Assembly (NCBI GenBank): GCA_965221165.1
Contig: CBDCRP010000003.1
Location: forward strand, 160,001-224,000
Source of the DNA: a bacterium
Lineage (GTDB): Bacteria; UBA8248
Reading direction: 5' to 3'
DNA: 64,000 nt
Notes under the pieces: generated by a model
The model's database searches: none
Told to the model about the DNA's origin: nothing
The model's input: the letters and a program-made list of their open reading frames with translations, nothing else
In this document: one piece after another, positions 61,126 to 64,000 of the stretch
Position numbering within the stretch: the stretch's first letter is position 1
Layout: the number at the start of each line of letters is the position of its first letter
Made by a program: the position numbers and the translations under genes

Positions 61126-61548
61126 CTAGACCACCGTTTTCTCTTGGTGGAGACGATCCAGGATACCGTTCACGAAACCTGGAGCATTCTCCGGGCCATA
61201 TCGTTTGGCCAGACGAATCGCTTCATCCATCGTGACCGCGGGCGGGATATCCGGAATAAAATACATTTCGCAAACGCCGAGGCGCAGTATGCTTCTGGAT
61301 ACGGCGTCCATGCGTTCGAGAGACCAACTCGCGCTCGCCGCGGCGAGCAAATCGTTAATCTGGCGTTCTTTCTCCACGATGATCGACATCAACCTGTCGG
61401 CGAATATTCTTGCACTCTCATCCGCGGGATGCAGTCGCCAATAACGATCCACCTCCTCCCCCGTGAGATTTCCGGTGCGATCCGTATGGTAAAGGATTTG
61501 AAACGCAAGCTCTCGTCCCGCCTTTCTGTTCTCTCTGTTCTCCACCAT
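61126..61548 (-). CDS. nusB: Transcription antitermination factor NusB
   Basis: R..RE.A.Q.LY, W..ERM, EAI.LAK.YG, FVNGILD. Confidence 0.95.
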   Translation of the reverse strand: MVENRENRKAGRELAFQILYHTDRTGNLTGEEVDRYWRLHPADESARIFADRLMSIIVEKERQINDLLAAASASWSLERMDAVSRSILRLGVCEMYFIPDIPPAVTMDEAIRLAKRYGPENAPGFVNGILDRLHQEKTVV

Positions 61549-62048
61549 TACTTTCCCTCTGCGGGAGCGTCTTTCCCATCCTCATCCATTCTCGAAAATA
61601 AATTCGCCATCTCGACGGCCGCCAAGGCGCCCTCGTATCCCTTGTTTCCCATCTTCGTTCCCGCACGCTCGACGGCCTGTTCGATCGTATCCGTCGTCAC
61701 GACGGCGAAAATAGTCGGCACCCCCGTCTGGGCGCCCACCTGGGCGATGCCCTTCGTCGCCTCGGCGCACACCAGATCATAGTGAGAGGTCGCGCCCCGT
61801 ATCACGCAGCCCAGGCAAATGATGGCGTCGTATTTGTGCGATTTCGCCATCTTCATCGCGGCCGCCGGAAGCTCGAAGGACCCCGGCACCTGCACGTGCG
61901 CAACATCGGATGTGGACACGCCGCATTGCCGCAAGGCCGTCTGGGCCCCTCGAACGAGGTGCGTGACGATAAAATCGTTAAAGCGCGACGACACGAGGCC
62001 GACCCGCAAACCCTGTCCATTCAGGTTGCCTTCCACCGGATTATCCAT
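61548..62048 (-). CDS. ribH: Lumazine synthase
   Basis: [32 protein letters not shown]. Confidence 0.97.
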   Translation of the reverse strand: MDNPVEGNLNGQGLRVGLVSSRFNDFIVTHLVRGAQTALRQCGVSTSDVAHVQVPGSFELPAAAMKMAKSHKYDAIICLGCVIRGATSHYDLVCAEATKGIAQVGAQTGVPTIFAVVTTDTIEQAVERAGTKMGNKGYEGALAAVEMANLFSRMDEDGKDAPAEGK

Positions 62049-62066
62049 CCCCTCTCCACATGCGTT

Positions 62067-63299
62067 TTATGGACGTTGCAAGTAGGATTCCTTGCCATCC
62101 TTTCTCTTTTTTTGCATAGACGGCAAGCGTGGCTCCATGCCCACCGCCACCCTGTCCTCGAGTTCCAGGCCATAACCTTCGAGCGCCACGATTCTGCGCT
62201 CGTCATTCGTCAGTATCCGAATCCGCCGCAAACCCAAATCCACCAGTATCTGGGCGCCTATGCCGTAATCGCGCAACCCTTCAAACGGAGCGCTCTTGAT
62301 CCCAATCCTCTCAGCCACGTCACGCGGGACTGCGGCCATCTTCTCTTTTCTCGAGGTTTCCTCTCCCATCGAATCGGGCTGCAAAAACACCAGCACCCCC
62401 TTGCCCGCTTCCTGAATCTTGGCCAGCGCGTTTCTGGTCCTGTCCGGACAATCCGAGCGCAAAAGCGCCAACAAATCCCAGATGGCATTCACCGGCTGCA
62501 CCCGAATGTGGGTGGGTTCATCCGGGTCCAACTCGCCCATCACCAAAGCGGCGTGCATCCTTCCGCTGCTTTGGTTGTGGTACGCATAGACCTTGAAAGT
62601 GCCGTACGCCGTCGGCAGTTCGGCCTCCTCCACACGCTCCACCAAGCGATCGTGCCGCATGCGATACGCAATGAGATCCTTGATGGTCACGAGGGAGAGA
62701 TTGTTTTTTTTCGCGATTTTCCACAAGTTGGGGAGGCGCGCCATCGAGCCGTCTTCATTCAAAACCTCACAAAGAACGCCCGCGGGCCGAAGCCCGGCCA
62801 GACGGGCCAGATCCACCGTGCCCTCCGTGTGGCCCGCTCGCCTGAGCACGCCGCCCGGCTGCGCCCGCAGCGGGAAAATGTGGCCGGGCGTCACCAGGTC
62901 CGACGGCCTGGCGTCTTCCTGTATCGCGGTTTGTATGGTGTGGGCCCTGTCGAAGGCGCTGATGCCCGTCGTGACGCCTTCGCGCGCTTCGATGGAAACC
63001 GTAAAAGCCGTGCCGAAAGCCGAGCCGTTCTGGCCGCTCGGCACCATCATGGGAAGGCCCAGAGATTCCACCTTCTCGGGCGTGAGCGCGAGGCAGACCA
63101 GACCGCGCGCGTACTTGGTCATGAAGTTGATCGACTCGGGCGTCACCCTCTCGGCCGCCAGGATAAAATCGCCCTCGTTCTCGCGGTCCTCATCATCCAC
63201 GAGGACGACGATGCGTCCCTCGCGAATATCGCCAATCGCCTCATCGATCGTGGAGAATGGACTTTCGTCGAAATCCTTCTCCTCCCTCGGCTCAGGCAT
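62067..63299 (-). CDS. ribB: DHBP synthase fused to degenerate GTP cyclohydrolase II (RibBX type)
   Basis: DDEDRENEGD, TAFTVS, R.GHTE intact; C-terminal domain keeps RDYGIGAQIL but lacks the Cys zinc motif. Confidence 0.92.
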   Translation of the reverse strand: MPEPREEKDFDESPFSTIDEAIGDIREGRIVVLVDDEDRENEGDFILAAERVTPESINFMTKYARGLVCLALTPEKVESLGLPMMVPSGQNGSAFGTAFTVSIEAREGVTTGISAFDRAHTIQTAIQEDARPSDLVTPGHIFPLRAQPGGVLRRAGHTEGTVDLARLAGLRPAGVLCEVLNEDGSMARLPNLWKIAKKNNLSLVTIKDLIAYRMRHDRLVERVEEAELPTAYGTFKVYAYHNQSSGRMHAALVMGELDPDEPTHIRVQPVNAIWDLLALLRSDCPDRTRNALAKIQEAGKGVLVFLQPDSMGEETSRKEKMAAVPRDVAERIGIKSAPFEGLRDYGIGAQILVDLGLRRIRILTNDERRIVALEGYGLELEDRVAVGMEPRLPSMQKKRKDGKESYLQRP

Positions 63300-63942
63300 A
63301 GCCCCGCTCCTTCAGCTTCTCCATGGTGACGCCGTCTCGGGACCGCGATTCCGCGTGGGGAGTGAGCAGCTTCTCCACATATTTCCCGATCAAATCCGCC
63401 TCCAGATTCACGACTCCGCCGTCTTTCTTCTCCGTGAGAGTCGTTTGCTCACTCGTATGCGGGATGACGGAAACCGAAAAAGTCTCGTCATCACACGCCG
63501 CTACCGTCAAGCTGATTCCATCCACCGCGATAGAACCTTTATAGACGACATAGCGCATCACCTCCACCGGGGCCTCGAATGTGAGCCAAATGGAGTCGCC
63601 CTCGTTTTTTCTGCTCTTGATCCTGCCCACGCCATCCACGTGGCCGCTCACCAGGTGGCCGCCCAAGCGCTCTCCCAGCGCCATGGCGCGCTCCAGATTG
63701 CATCCGTCACCGACGGCCAGTTCCCCCAAATTCGTACGCCTCAGCGTCTCGATGGACAAATCGGCTTCGAAATTTCTTTCATCACAATCGACCACCGTGA
63801 CACAGACGCCATTGAGCGCTATGGAATCCCCCAACCGCACCCCACTCAAAACACCCGGCGCCTCGATGGCGATTCGCGCACCTTTGGCGTCTTTTCTCAG
63901 TGAGTGAATCGCGCCGATGGTCTCGATGATCCCGCTAAACAC
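63292..63942 (-). CDS. ribE: Riboflavin synthase
   Basis: MFSGIIE, GDSIA.NGVC.TV, GGH.VSGHVD, KGSIAVDG.SLT. Confidence 0.96.
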   Translation of the reverse strand: MFSGIIETIGAIHSLRKDAKGARIAIEAPGVLSGVRLGDSIALNGVCVTVVDCDERNFEADLSIETLRRTNLGELAVGDGCNLERAMALGERLGGHLVSGHVDGVGRIKSRKNEGDSIWLTFEAPVEVMRYVVYKGSIAVDGISLTVAACDDETFSVSVIPHTSEQTTLTEKKDGGVVNLEADLIGKYVEKLLTPHAESRSRDGVTMEKLKERGYA

Positions 63943-64000
63943 CCGCCCAGTCCCCCATGTCTTTCCATACTGGTTTTTTGAAATATCCTTGAATCAACAA
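63935..64000 (-). CDS. C-terminal fragment of upstream gene, probably RibD (truncated by window edge)
   Basis: Frame LLIQGYFKKPVWKDMGDWAGV* resembles the RibD C-terminal strand and overlaps the ribE start. Confidence 0.5.
   Translation of the reverse strand: MLIQGYFKKPVWKDMGDWAGV

Overview
A 64-kb stretch of GC-rich chromosome from a diderm (LPS-making) bacterium. Gene order resembles deltaproteobacterial/Nitrospinota-type genomes, but that placement is inference only. The first ~13 kb is a mixed-strand, partly accessory region: TIGR00725 protein, LysM/M23 protein, apt, tRNA-Arg(CCT), a CBS-DUF294 nucleotidyltransferase, tandem YciI, an M24-fold hydrolase lacking metal ligands, an MscR-like dehydrogenase, an FAD/Fe-S oxidoreductase and bioB. 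A 28-bp XerC/XerD dif-like site lies at 13316-13343. To its right ~50 kb of housekeeping genes run almost all on the minus strand towards it (fusA2, der, amiC, ahcY, metK, PTS/hprK, rpoN, lptCAB, tsaE, nnr, pdxJ, ftsH, tilS, tRNA-Met, proS, ispG, rseP, lolA, purMN, mutS, ybeY, phoH, xerD, murJ, holA, lptE, nusB, rib genes), consistent with the replication terminus. The most striking item is a DUF4390 / NtrY-type kinase / NtrX-type regulator operon whose regulator has a degenerate sigma54 AAA+ domain and is fused in frame to an apparently intact LpxC. This suggests direct two-component control of the committed step of lipid A synthesis. No CRISPR array, rRNA or intact transposase was seen.
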